The notes under the pieces were generated by a model. The model saw only the letters and a list, made by a program, of their open reading frames with translations, searched no databases and was not told the origin of the DNA. A program made the position numbers and the translations under genes. Below are positions 24,147-34,651 of a DNA stretch of 64,000 bases, piece after piece. How positions within the stretch are numbered: position 1 is the first letter of the stretch; each line of letters starts with the position of its first letter. The DNA comes from Rebecca billardiae RCC1528 (taxonomy: Eukaryota; Protista; Haptophyta): positions 124,001 to 188,000 of the forward strand of contig OZ251234.1 in the NCBI GenBank assembly GCA_965240325.2, in the 5' to 3' direction.

Positions 24147-26654
24147 TCAGGCGGCCGCGGCCGAGGCTGCGCGTTGTGCGCCCGCGGGCGGCTCGACGGC
24201 GTAGGGCGACTTGAGCGCTGGCCGCACGTACCCCGGCTCGTGCAGCTCGCGCCCAAGCTTCTCGAACGAGTCCACCTGCGGGCGAGGCGGACAGGACGGC
24301 AGGGGGCGGCGCGCGCGTCAGCCCCGAGGGCGGCCGTGGGCGGCTGGCTGGCTGTGCGCGGGGCGCGGCACCCGGTGCGCGCGGCAGCAGTCCTCCTCAC
24401 CTGGATGATCTGCTCACGCAGAGCCTCCGCCTCGTCAATCACGCGCTGCTCGGCCGCGCTCGGCTCGCGCTTCTCCTTGCGCAGCGCGGACAGCACCCTG
24501 TCCGCCTCAAGGCACTGCGCGCCGGGGTGGGCGCAGCGGGCGGCGCGGTGGGGCAGTGAGCGCACGGCGCGCGCGCGCGCGCGCGCGGGCGGACGGCGAG
24601 GCGGCGCGCGCCCAATTGGCCGGCCGCACCTTGGGCAGGGCCGCGTTGATCATCGCGAGCCTGTCCGCCGGGTCCTTGCTGATGAAGATGTTGGGCGAGA
24701 GCAGGTGGCGCACCGGCGAGTCCGTGGTGAGCAGCTTGGACACCTGCTGCGTGAGCGCGTCCGAGGGCGGCGCGTAGCTCGGGCCGAGCGGGAAGGCGAG
24801 CGCGCGCATCAGCCAGCCGACCGGCCGGACGGGAAAGTTGGCGCAGATGCCGTACAGCTGCTGCTGCGTGTCGTACAGCAGCTCGCGCATCGCGTGGTCG
24901 AGCACCGCCTCGGAGCCCGCGCACTGGTGGTTGCGGTGGTAGTGCAGCATCGCGTACCCCGAGTACAGGTTGCCCAGCACGTCGGCGAACCGCCCCGAGA
25001 GCATCTCTGCGAACTTGAGCTTGCCACCGAGCACGAGTGAGAGGTCCGCCATCGCCGCAAACGCGCGCGCGAGACGGCCGAGCTGCGACTCGTGGTAGGC
25101 GAAGACGTCGGCGTGCGAGCGCGTGCGCGCGAGCGCGGCGAGGAGCGCGCCGGCCGAGTTGTGCGTCGCGTGGCGCACCAGCGCGCCCAGGTGCCTCGCG
25201 AAGCCGCTCGGGTCGTCGCCCTTGTTGATGGCCTCGATCATGCCGAGCAGGTTGGGGTGCGAGCGGTTCAGGCCCTGCCCAAACACGATCAGCGAGCGCG
25301 TGAGGATGTTGGCGCCCTCGACGGTGATGCCGATCGGGATCTGCTGGTACGCGTTGGCCGCGAGGTTCGCCGGCCCCTTGCAGATCCCCGCGCCGCCCAG
25401 CACGTCCATCGCGTTGTTGAGCGTGCTGCGCATGCGGTGCGTGAGCTGCTGCTTCATGATGGCGGAGAGCACGGGCGGCTGCACGTGCGCGTTCAGGATG
25501 CCGTTCATCGTGTACTGGCACGCGTTCATGCGGTACGTGGCGGAGGCGATGGCGGCGAGCGCCTCCTGCACGCCCTCCAGCTCGGCGAGCGGCACCTTGA
25601 ACTGCTTGCGCACGCGCGCGTACGCGCCCACCGCGTTGGCGGAGAGCTGCGCCGCGCCGACCGAGAGCGCGGGCAGCGAGATGCCGCGCCCCTCGGCGAG
25701 GCACTCCATCAGCATGTTCCAGCCGTAGCCCGCGCGCTCCTGCCCGCCGAGCAGGCACTCCATCGGCACGAAGACGTCCTCGCCCGACAGCGGCCCGTTC
25801 ATGAACGCCGTCGACAGCGGGTCGTGCCGCCGCCCGATGTTCAGCCCCGGGTGGTCGCGCTCGAGCAGCGCGATCGTGATCCCCTCGGCGCCCGCGCCCT
25901 TGAGCAGCCCGGACGGGTCCTGCAGGTTGAAGGCGAGGCCGACGACGTGCGCGACGGGGGCGAGCGTGATGTAGCGCTTGTTGAACGTCACGCTCACGCC
26001 GAGCACGCCGTCCTTCTCGCACACCACGCCCACGTCGCGCATGCTCGCCGCGTCCGAGCCGGACGCCGGGCCGGTGAGGCCAAAGCACGGGATGTACTCG
26101 CCGCGCGCGAGCTTGGGCAGGTAGTACGCGCGCTGCGTGTCGGTGCCGTAGCGCATGAGCAGCTCGCCCGGGCCGAGCGAGTTGGGCACCATCACCGTCA
26201 CCGCCGTCGCCGACGAGCGCGTCGAGATCTTCTGCACGATCTGCGAGTGCGCGTGCGCGGAGAAGCCCTTGCCGCCGTACTCCTTCGGGATGATCAGCCC
26301 GAGGAAGCCCTTCTGCTTGATGTAGTCCCACGCGTGCGCGGGCAGGTCCATGTCGCGAACGATCGTGTAGTCGTCCAGCATCTCGCACAGCGCCTCCACC
26401 TCGGTGTCCAGGAACGAGCGCTCCTCCGCCGTCAGCTCGGGCGTGAACCGGCTCAGCTGCTCGACCGACGGCGCGCCCGAGAAGAGGTCGCCGTCGAAGG
26501 AGACGTCGCCCGAGTCGAGCGCGGCGCGCTCGGTGGGCGAGATCTTGGGCATGATCCGCTTCGCGAACTCGTACGCCGGGCGGATGACGATCCCGCGCCG
26601 CGGGGCCGCCCGGCCCAGCCGGCCGCCCAACGCCCGCCGGCCGATGCGCAGCAT
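24147..26654 (-). CDS. fadE: FadE-type long acyl-CoA dehydrogenase with mitochondrial-type presequence; exons 26654-24630, 24514-24401, 24275-24147
   Basis: MPKISPTERAALDSG, VMVPNSLGPGELL, CFGLTGPASGSDAASM, KRYITLAPVA, ECLAEGRGISLP and IGITVEGANILTRSLIVFGQG are FadE-family motifs. N-terminus is Arg-rich (MLRIGRRALGGR). Confidence 0.93.
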
Positions 26655-26979
26655 GCTGGCCAACCTCCGCGCAGCCGGCAGGTTCGGGACCTCGGCGAGG
26701 TTTCGGCCGTCACGGCCGCACAAGCAAAATCATTGGCCCGTCCCGGAAATGTCGCGCGGTGATTGGCCCGCCGCGGGCCACGCGTGCGCTCGTCATCATC
26801 ATTCTGCTGCAAAAAAAGGCCGGCGCGCGTTTTCCACTTTTCTGCGGCTCGAAAAATAATCAGGCTCGGATGAGCGGCGGACCGGTTGCGTCCGAGTCCA
26901 AGCGATGACACGGAGCCACCCCGGGGGGCCGATCGGCCACGGCAGCTGCCACGCGCCGCGCCAGGCATGCACCGCCGAG

Positions 26980-29337
26980 TCACTGGGCGCCGCAGCTCGT
27001 CTGCAGCTCGCGCTCGGGCGGCAGGCTCGCGAGCCGGTGCCGCACCCACGCGCGCGCGCGCGCCTCGACCTTGGCCGCGCCCCCGCCCGCCGCGCGCGCG
27101 TCGCTCAGCAGCGCGCGCAGCGGGCGCGCGAGCTCGTCGGGCGCTAGCACCGCCGCCGCGCCGCCGCCCCCACCGTCCGCATCGAACGGGTGGCGCACCG
27201 CCGCGATGGCTGCCTGGAGCGGCGCGTCCTCCCCCGCCTCCACGGCCTCGGCAATCTCCCGCAGCGCGGCCGTGCGCAGCACGCGCGCAGGCACGGCCGC
27301 GCGCACGCGCGAGACGCGCTCCGCCTCGGCGGCGGCGGCGGCGCTGGGCGCGGCGGGCGCGGCCTCGCCGCTCGCGCCCGCCTCGCACTCGGCCCCGAGC
27401 CCGCCGCCGTCGATCAGCCGCGCGCACGCCGCCGCGTACGCCCGCAGCCACTCAGCCAGCGCCGCCTCCGAGCCAGCGGCCGCGTCGCTGGCGCGCGCTA
27501 CGTGCCACGCGGCGCCGATGATGGCGCCGTCCGCGTCGGCGGCGGCCGCGGCGGGCGCGAGCAGCTCGATGTCGGCGAGCGCGCGCGAGGCGAGCGGGTA
27601 GTCCGCGCCGGACGCCTCGAGCCACTCGTGCCACCCGCGCACCACCGCCTCCGCCATCGCCTCCGCGTCCGCGTCCGCACCCGCCGCGGCCTCGTCCGCG
27701 GCCGGCAGGCCGAGCCGCAGCCGCGCGCGCGCGCTCGCGCATGCGTCGAACGCGGCGTCGAAGCTCTCGAGGGCTCGGCGCGCGCGCTCGGCGGGCAGCC
27801 ACGCGGGCTCGCCCTCCGCGCCGCCCTCCGCGCCGCCCTCCGCGCCCGCGCGCATCCACGCGCGCGCGTCCGCGCCGCGCTCCCCCGCCCCGTCCGGGAG
27901 GCCACCCAGCGAGTCTGCAAGCCGCTCGAGCGCCCAGCGCGCGGCGCGCCGCTGCGAGCCAAACGCGTACCGGCGCTCGGCGTCGATGAGGTTGGGCGCG
28001 AAGGAGGCGTTGTACCGGTCGACGAAGCCGAAGACGTTCAGGTCGATCGTCACGCCGATCAGCGAGAGGTTGTCCGTGTTCATCACGCCGTGCGCAAACC
28101 CCGCCGCCATCCACGCGCCCACCAGCGCGCCCGTGCGCTCGGCGACGCGCGTCAGCAGACACTCGAACGCGCCCAGCCGGCCGAGCGCGGGGTCGGCGGC
28201 GCAGGAGGGCGCGGCGTCGCGCGGCGCGAAGAAGCAGAGCTCGCGCGCGCGCCGCGGCACGCGCAGCCGCTCGAGCGGCACCGAGCGCGCGCTCTCGTCC
28301 CCCGCCGCCTCGAGTCGCGCGAGCACGGCCAGCGCGTGCCGCGCCACGCGCTCCGCGCCCGCGGGCCCCTGCGTGCGCGCGGCGAGCTGCAGGGAGCCGA
28401 AGCGGAGGAAGGAGGGGGCGAGGCGCGCGAGCACGCCGGCGCGCACGCGCGCCGGACGCCCCGTGTACCACTCGTCGCGCACGATCCGATCCTCCTCGCC
28501 CGGCGTCGCGACGAGCGCGAGCGAGCGCGCGCTCGGCACGGCCGCGCCCACCAGCGCAGAGTCAGCAGCGAGCTCTCGCGCGCCGTTCTTCAGAGCGGCG
28601 CGGCCGTCGCCGCGGCGCGAGAAGGGGGTGCGGCCCGCGCCCTTGAGCGAGAGCTCGAGGGGCGGCGCCCCGCGCGCGCCCGCCAGCACGCCGAGCGAGA
28701 TGGCCCGCCCGTCGCCGAGCTGCCCCGCCCACGAGCCGAACTGATGGCCGCCGTAGTTGTGTGCGTACGGCAGCACGCCTGCCGGCAGCGCGCGCCCGCC
28801 GAGCAGCTCGGCGAAGGCCTGGCTCGAGGCGTCGGCGGCGTCGAGGCCGAGGCGCTCGAGCAGCTCCCCCTTACACGCCACGACGCGCACGCCGCGCGAG
28901 CGCGGCGGCGTCGGCCAGACGGGCGCGGCGACGCTCGCGTTGGGCACAGCCTGCGGCCCGAGCAGCTGCGCGCTCACGCCGCCGCGCTCAGCGGTGGGCT
29001 CGGGCAGCGCGTGCACGGCGAGCGCCGCGAGCGGACTCTGCTCGGGTGGGGCCCAGTCGAGATGCGCCTCCAGCCGCGCCATGCCCGTGCCGGCGCTCGT
29101 GCGCAGGTTGTCTGCGCGAGCGTGCAGCGCGGCGCGCGGGTGCTCGGAGCACCCGCCATCGCCACCGACGCCGTCGGCGCACAGCTCGGCCGCGGCGCAG
29201 TCACACCGGCGCGAGCACGTCGGCCCGTACCAGCCAGGGGCGCACGCCCCGTACGCCGGCTGGCAACCCACCGCGCGGAGCACCAGTGCCAACACGCACG
29301 CAGTGGAGGTGGCGGCGAGAAGCGGGCGACCGGCCAT
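26980..29337 (-). CDS. SELENOO: SelO/YdiU-family pseudokinase (AMPylase-like) with N-terminal signal peptide and EGF/laminin-like Cys module
   Basis: PYAHNYGGHQFGSWAGQLGDGRAISLG, LKGAGRTPFSRRGDGRA, FLRFGSLQ, GFAHGVMNTDNLSLIGVTID and C-terminal TSCGAQ. Intronless. An upstream in-frame ATG at 29379 is also possible. Confidence 0.92.
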   Translation of the reverse strand: MAGRPLLAATSTACVLALVLRAVGCQPAYGACAPGWYGPTCSRRCDCAAAELCADGVGGDGGCSEHPRAALHARADNLRTSAGTGMARLEAHLDWAPPEQSPLAALAVHALPEPTAERGGVSAQLLGPQAVPNASVAAPVWPTPPRSRGVRVVACKGELLERLGLDAADASSQAFAELLGGRALPAGVLPYAHNYGGHQFGSWAGQLGDGRAISLGVLAGARGAPPLELSLKGAGRTPFSRRGDGRAALKNGARELAADSALVGAAVPSARSLALVATPGEEDRIVRDEWYTGRPARVRAGVLARLAPSFLRFGSLQLAARTQGPAGAERVARHALAVLARLEAAGDESARSVPLERLRVPRRARELCFFAPRDAAPSCAADPALGRLGAFECLLTRVAERTGALVGAWMAAGFAHGVMNTDNLSLIGVTIDLNVFGFVDRYNASFAPNLIDAERRYAFGSQRRAARWALERLADSLGGLPDGAGERGADARAWMRAGAEGGAEGGAEGEPAWLPAERARRALESFDAAFDACASARARLRLGLPAADEAAAGADADAEAMAEAVVRGWHEWLEASGADYPLASRALADIELLAPAAAAADADGAIIGAAWHVARASDAAAGSEAALAEWLRAYAAACARLIDGGGLGAECEAGASGEAAPAAPSAAAAAEAERVSRVRAAVPARVLRTAALREIAEAVEAGEDAPLQAAIAAVRHPFDADGGGGGAAAVLAPDELARPLRALLSDARAAGGGAAKVEARARAWVRHRLASLPPERELQTSCGAQ

Positions 29338-29799
29338 CGCGCGACTGATATGCGCGATTCCCCTTCCGGGCTCCGGCATCTAGGGGCGCGCCGGCGCCCA
29401 CCGGTGACGATGATCGCGATCTCAAATGACAAATCGAATCTCGCTCCGCGCCAGATCGGCCCGACTCCCAACGGCCGCCCGCGGAGAGCGGCGGAGAGTC
29501 ATCCTCACGACCTCACTCGTACGTACCTACCGTTTTTAAATGAGCAGGCTGGAGGCTGGAGTCGACTCAGTAGTCTGTCCGACGACATACGTACAGAATT
29601 ATTGTCGTACGTAGTCGTCAAACGTGGTGACCGGAATTGTCGTCGGCCGGCACGGCGTAGACGTAGTAGTGCCACGAGGCAGCCACGGGCCGGGGCCGAC
29701 AACTGCCATGCGAGAGACCATGCAACGTGCGCACGAGGACAAGCGTGCGGGGAGGAGGCGGCTCGGGCGCGGCGCCATGAGCGAGCGCGCTCGACGTGC

Positions 29800-31410
29800 T
29801 CAGCACGCGCCCGACGCGATGGTGGTCAGCGCCTCGAGCGACGCGACGCGCGAGGGCGGCGTCAAGCTCACGTTGAAGTCGTCCCACGTGAGGCCGAGCG
29901 CGTTGAGCATTTCGAGCGAGGGCGCACGCGGCACGCGGCACGCGTCCGGCGCCCCCGCAAGGTGCTGCTGCAGCTTTTGCCTCGAGTCGGAGTGCGAGAG
30001 CTGCAGCTGCATCGCCTCAGACGACCGGTTGCGCGGCAGGCTGGCGAGCACGGCGCGCGGCTCGGCGGGCGGCCCGCTCGCCGGCGCGCCAACGTCCGCA
30101 TCGTCCGACTCGCCCTCGTCGCGCATCTCCACCGACGCGGCGGCGGCGGCCTCCGCGCCCGCCTTCTCCGTGATCACGCGGCGCAGGTCGCCGAGGACGG
30201 ACTCGACGAGTCGTTCGCGCCCGTGCTCGCCCAGGCGGCTCATCGCCGGCGTCTGCATCTCCGTGTCCGCGAGGATCATGAGCTGCTGCGCGAGCTCGCA
30301 GATGCGGTCGCGCCGCAGCGCGGGTGCGGACAGCGCGGCCGCGGCGGGCTGGTGCGGGCTGTGCTGCGCGCCGAGCAGCGAGGGGAGCGTGCTCGTCGGC
30401 AGCCCGCCGATCTGCGAGAGGGCCATGTACGGCGCCTGCTGCGCGCCGCCCATCGCGCTGCTCATCGCCATCGACGCCGCCGCCATCGACGACGGTGGCA
30501 TGCCGAGGGTGGCCGTGGCGATGGGGCCGGCGCCGCCGCCGGCGCGGAGGTGGGGCGAGGCGTAGCTGTGGTGGTGGCTCTCGCCGCCCGCGCGCTTGGC
30601 GGCCAGGTGCAGCCCGCTCGCCAGCGGCCCGCCGACGAGCTGCGCCGCGGCCGCCTGCTGCCGCAGCTGCTGCAGCTGCGGGTCGGGCTGCAGCTGCGAG
30701 CCGTACAGCCGCATCGGCCCGGGGCCGGCGCTCTCGACCGCGCCCATGTGCGGCATGCAGGTGGGCACGCCGCCGCTGCCCGCGGCCGCCGCGACGGCCA
30801 TCGGGTGGTGCGACTGCAGCCGGCGGCGCAGCGTGTGGTACCGGTTCTTCACGGCGTGGCCGGTGCGGCCAGGCAGCAGGTTCTTGATCTGGCACCACTT
30901 CTGCGAGCGGCAATAGGGCAGCGAGCGCGCGCGCGGACGCGGGCGGGTGAGACGCCGGGTGCGCGGGCGGATGCGTGCGCGGGCGGGTGTGCGACGTGAC
31001 GCGATGCGGCGCGACGCAACGACGCAAGCGCGCGCCACACGGCGCTCGAACCGCGCCGCGCTCGCAGGCGCGGTGCGCGGTGCGCGCATGCGGCCGCGCA
31101 CCTGGCCCATCACGTGCAGCGCCTGGATGATGATGGCGTCCTCCTCGGGAGTCCAGTCGGTCTTCTTGACGTCGGGCACGAGGTGGTTGTACCACCGCTC
31201 GCGGCACTGCCAGTCTTTGCGCGAGCCCATGTGCGACGCGATCAGCGACCACTGCCGCGCGCCGTACTTTGCCACGACGTCGCGCAGCTGTGCGTCCTCC
31301 TCCGCCGTCCACGTGCGGCGGGAGAAGTGCTTGGTGCGGGACTGCGGGTCCATGTCCGCCGCCGTCGAGTTCTCGGGAGTCAGCATCTCGACGAGCTTGG
31401 GCGACAGCAT
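29800..31410 (-). CDS. R2R3-type Myb transcription factor, copy A; exons 31410(or 31353)-31102, 30900-29800
   Basis: WTAEEDAQLRDVVAKYGARQWSLIASHMGSRKDWQCRERWYNHL / WTPEEDAIIIQALHVMGQ|KWCQIKNLLPGRTGHAVKNRYH. Intron 31101-30901. Confidence 0.9.
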   Translation of the reverse strand: MLSPKLVEMLTPENSTAADMDPQSRTKHFSRRTWTAEEDAQLRDVVAKYGARQWSLIASHMGSRKDWQCRERWYNHLVPDVKKTDWTPEEDAIIIQALHVMGQVRGRMRAPRTAPASAARFERRVARACVVASRRIASRRTPARARIRPRTRRLTRPRPRARSLPYCRSQKWCQIKNLLPGRTGHAVKNRYHTLRRRLQSHHPMAVAAAAGSGGVPTCMPHMGAVESAGPGPMRLYGSQLQPDPQLQQLRQQAAAAQLVGGPLASGLHLAAKRAGGESHHHSYASPHLRAGGGAGPIATATLGMPPSSMAAASMAMSSAMGGAQQAPYMALSQIGGLPTSTLPSLLGAQHSPHQPAAAALSAPALRRDRICELAQQLMILADTEMQTPAMSRLGEHGRERLVESVLGDLRRVITEKAGAEAAAAASVEMRDEGESDDADVGAPASGPPAEPRAVLASLPRNRSSEAMQLQLSHSDSRQKLQQHLAGAPDACRVPRAPSLEMLNALGLTWDDFNVSLTPPSRVASLEALTTIASGAC

Positions 31411-31720
31411 CTCGACGAGAGGCGAGCGGTCACCGGGGTTCAGGCGACGGGGAGCGTGCGGGTGGTGTTTCGAGCGCCCGGTGGCGGGGGTTGTCGCCAG
31501 ATTTTCATCTGGGCCTAAAGATTCCTTTCAGGGGTGCGATCTCAACAATCACCTCACGCGCCCTGCTTGTGCATGGGAACCACTATCTCCATATCTCCAC
31601 ACCGCCACAGCCACCCGGACGCAAGGGCCGTGCCGGACTGGTCCTTTGCTGATCAAGAGCCTGATCTGATGATCTGGAGGGCCCAGCCACCCGTTCCAGA
31701 AAGGCGATTAGTTCGGACAC

Positions 31721-31769
31721 GGTCCGGGAGCTCAAAAGGTGCAAGTTGCACCTTTTGAGCTCCCGGACC
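31721..31769. repeat. Perfect palindrome: 24-bp arms with a 1-nt spacer
   Basis: GGTCCGGGAGCTCAAAAGGTGCAA-G-TTGCACCTTTTGAGCTCCCGGACC. Confidence 0.97.
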
Positions 31770-31873
31770 ACAGTGGGAGCACGCGGGGCCGCGGCCGTTG
31801 AGAGGGGCGGGGGCGGGCGGGCGACGTCGACGTCGCGGCGTTCCACGCGCTCTGCTGTCGATGACTTGCTGTT

Positions 31874-32860
31874 GGCGGCGCGCGCCGCGCTGGCGAGGTG
31901 GCTCGGGCCCATGCGTGCCTTCGAGCGCCCGGCGACCGCGCGCGCATCGGCTTCCTCCGCCTGTGAGTCGCCCGCGGCCGCGACCGCCGCGCCCTTTGAG
32001 TGGGTTGACCGCGCCCGAGCCTGCTCGCCGCCGAGCGCAGGGATGAGTCGAGCGCGGCGCGAGGCGGCGATCGTGATCGGGCGATCGCATGCGCCCATAT
32101 GCGCCCCATCTGCCACGGCGCGACCGCTTCAGCGTGCGTATGTCACCCCACTTGTCAGGGATGTCGAGTAGCAGGCGAGCACCGTCGGCCAGTGTGTCCG
32201 CCCGCGCCGCGTGCGCACAGGGCCATACGACGCGGAAACACGTCACAACCGGCATCAGTGCATGGCCATGGCCGTGTACAGCCCCGCGTGGGCCACCAAG
32301 GTCATGCCATCCACTGCTCTGCCAGCTCGCAACGTGCGTCAATGCTGACGACAACTCTGGTCGAGAAGAAGTTGCTTCTTGAGTTCTGTCACAGTGGTGC
32401 ACACGGCATCAGTGGACGTCCCCATGACTACGGATGCGGACCAACCGTGCCCGCCAGCTTGCGTAGCGAAGACATCACGAGACGCCACGGAGCGACATCC
32501 GACGCGTAGAGCCCTTCGCGCACGCGGCGCAGGCGGACACGCTGGCCGACAGAGCTCGCCCGCTCCCCGACATGCCTGACAAGTGGGGTCACATACGCAC
32601 GCTGAAGCTGTCGCGCCGTGGCGAATAGGGCGCAGGTGGGCGCATGCGATCGCCCGATCGTGATCGCCGCCTCGCGCCGCGCTCAACTCATCCCTGCGCT
32701 CGGCCGCGAGCAGACTCGGGCGCAGTCAACCCCCTCGAAGCGGGCGGCCGCCGCGGGCGCGGGCGACTTGCAGGCGGAGGAAGCCGATGCGCGCGCGGTT
32801 GCCGGGCGCTCAAAGGCGCGCATGGGTCCGAGCCATCCCGCCCGCGCGGCGCGCGCCGCC
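31874..32860. repeat. Long inverted repeat (foldback 1): ~360-bp arms ~31874-32230 and ~32505-32860, ~270-bp spacer
   Basis: For example, CTTCAGCGTGCGTATGTCACCCCACTTGTCAGG (left) versus CCTGACAAGTGGGGTCACATACGCACGCTGAAG (right). By-eye alignment gives roughly 85-90% identity, almost entirely substitutions. Confidence 0.92.
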
Positions 32861-34071
32861 CAAGTCACGCATATCTCGGTCCGCACGGCCACGAGCCCAC
32901 CTGTTCGCCATCCTTCCGCCAGTCCGCCACCAGCCGGGGCGCCTGGCGGCGGAACAACACCCCGTGGAACGGGTGGCCCCGGGGAGTCCCCTCGGCCTCA
33001 CCGCCACCCTGCGCGTTCGGCGCCCAAGACGGAGTTCCAACGCGCCAAGCGCCTGCCTGCCTTGCACTCGGCGTGCATGCCACGCGCGCCTGCGCCGTGC
33101 AGCGTACCGCAAGGAAGGAGCCCGACCCGCCAAGCGTGTCACGCGCGACTGGCTGTTGGGCGAGTTCAGCCCGGTCTGCGCCGTTCGACCTGACAGCGAA
33201 AACGTCGTGATAGGCATTGCACATAATGCGCGCATTACCGCTTTTGGTGAACGGTCCTCATGCGAAGAGTAATGCGCGCATTATGTGCAGCAGGCCGCAC
33301 CACGGCAGCTCGGCGCTGCCGCGCGATGTCATCGAGGAGCGGCGTTGCCGCGTTGAGGCTCGTCAAACGGTCCGCGGGCCGACCGTCCGACACTCACGTC
33401 GACGTCAGCACATGGCCACAGGCTGGCGGCTCATCATCCACATTGCGATGCCAGGGTACGGTTAAGGACTACTTTGCCTGGACTCAGTCAACAAGCCGTG
33501 TAACGGTTCAACGCCCAGGGCGCGCGTGCCGGGTAGGCGTCACTACTCTGCTGTCGCGGCGGTCCGCGTGACCGAGTACCGACTCCCTATCGTCGGCTCC
33601 GCGCCCGCGGCGAATCCGATATGACCCGGTTGAGCGATTTAGTGTCACAGCCACCGCCAGTCCGAGGCGCCCGGCGGCGCCACTCGGCACTGACGACTGT
33701 GTCTTGCAGCCGCGGGCGCCACCGATGACTACTTGGCAGTACTTGAGAGTGAGTTGAGACTCAGACTACGTCTACTGTCGATGACCCTAAAGAGTAAAGT
33801 CTGCTAAGTCTTAGTCTAAGATGTACAGTAAGTAGGCCATGCATTCATCAGATCACTATGCACTTGTCCGAGCAAAGGACTGTCATCAAGTCCGAGCAAG
33901 GGGTGACCGAGATGCGCATTGAATTATATATAATATAATACTATATTAAATTATTTTATGAGTATTCAAAAATTTGACTTACCGGATGTAATGACTATGA
34001 GTATTGAGTGATCGGAGTCCCTGAGCCGGATTAATGATTATCCGGATTACCTGATGATTTAATTTACTCAG

Positions 34072-34386
34072 TGTCAGGGAACGCGTCTCGAGGCTTGACG
34101 GTCGCGAGGTCGTGGACGAGCTTCGGCTCTTTTTTTTGTGGTGGTGAGCTCAGCGTGTTTTGAGTGATCGGCTCATGTTTCGTTCACGAGTTTCGGAAGC
34201 ATCTAGAATGCTTCCAGATGCCGCCGCCAGCCATGCTGTCCTGCTGTATTTTAGGATGAGGTTCAGGTTGATTTTGGAGGATTTTGTGCGAGCGCCGCCG
34301 CAGCGGTCGCGCCGCCACTGTGTGACTGCGAGTAAAATGTTGGATTGGAAATTGGAAATCAGTGTAGATTGGCGATTCCTTTGACA
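34072..34386 (-). repeat. 3' LTR
   Basis: Identical to 37219-37533 except G34362/C37509. Contains the hairpin GGAAGCAT-CTAGA-ATGCTTCC (34195-34215). Confidence 0.96.
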
Positions 34387-34399
34387 CCCCCCCTCAATC
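34387..34399 (-). other. Polypurine tract
   Basis: Minus strand reads GATTGAGGGGGGG directly before the TG of the 3' LTR, a typical copia arrangement. Confidence 0.9.
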
Positions 34400-34651
34400 C
34401 AATATGCGCTCGTCTGTGAGGACTAAGCTTGGATTATGAGTGATTTTGGGCTTGGTATTGTTTGTGCATCTGTGTGCATGAGTGAATTGGAGTCAGTAAT
34501 GGTTGCCAATGCCAGGATACGGGTCATGTGCTGGGACTTCCGTGTGACGGTTTTGGGTAACCCGAGTCAGTCCTGGGCTTATTTGCACCATATGTTCACT
34601 CTTTGGCCTTGATTTTGGACCTTGTTATTGGGTCATGCCCTGCCTTGATAG

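Noticed and set aside
23616-24214. Possible small + strand gene with intron ~23888-23986
   Set aside because: The splice-like signals are plausible, but the product is unrecognisable and would overlap the fadE 3' end. Insufficient support.
26980-26995. TGA after TSCGAQ in SelO as selenocysteine
   Set aside because: The spacing would be CxxxU rather than the CxxU of Sec-type SelO, no second stop follows immediately, and I could not identify a SECIS. Treated as a stop codon.
27190-30999. Very long ORFs such as 27190-30999(+), 25092-26762(+), 9860-11974(+) and 41838-44141(+)
   Set aside because: They are Arg/Ala/Pro-rich antisense or off-frame shadows of real genes, caused by stop-codon scarcity at very high GC.
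32153-32161. TGTCAGGGA matching the LTR terminus inside foldback 1
   Set aside because: Only a 9-bp match with no further similarity, compatible with chance.
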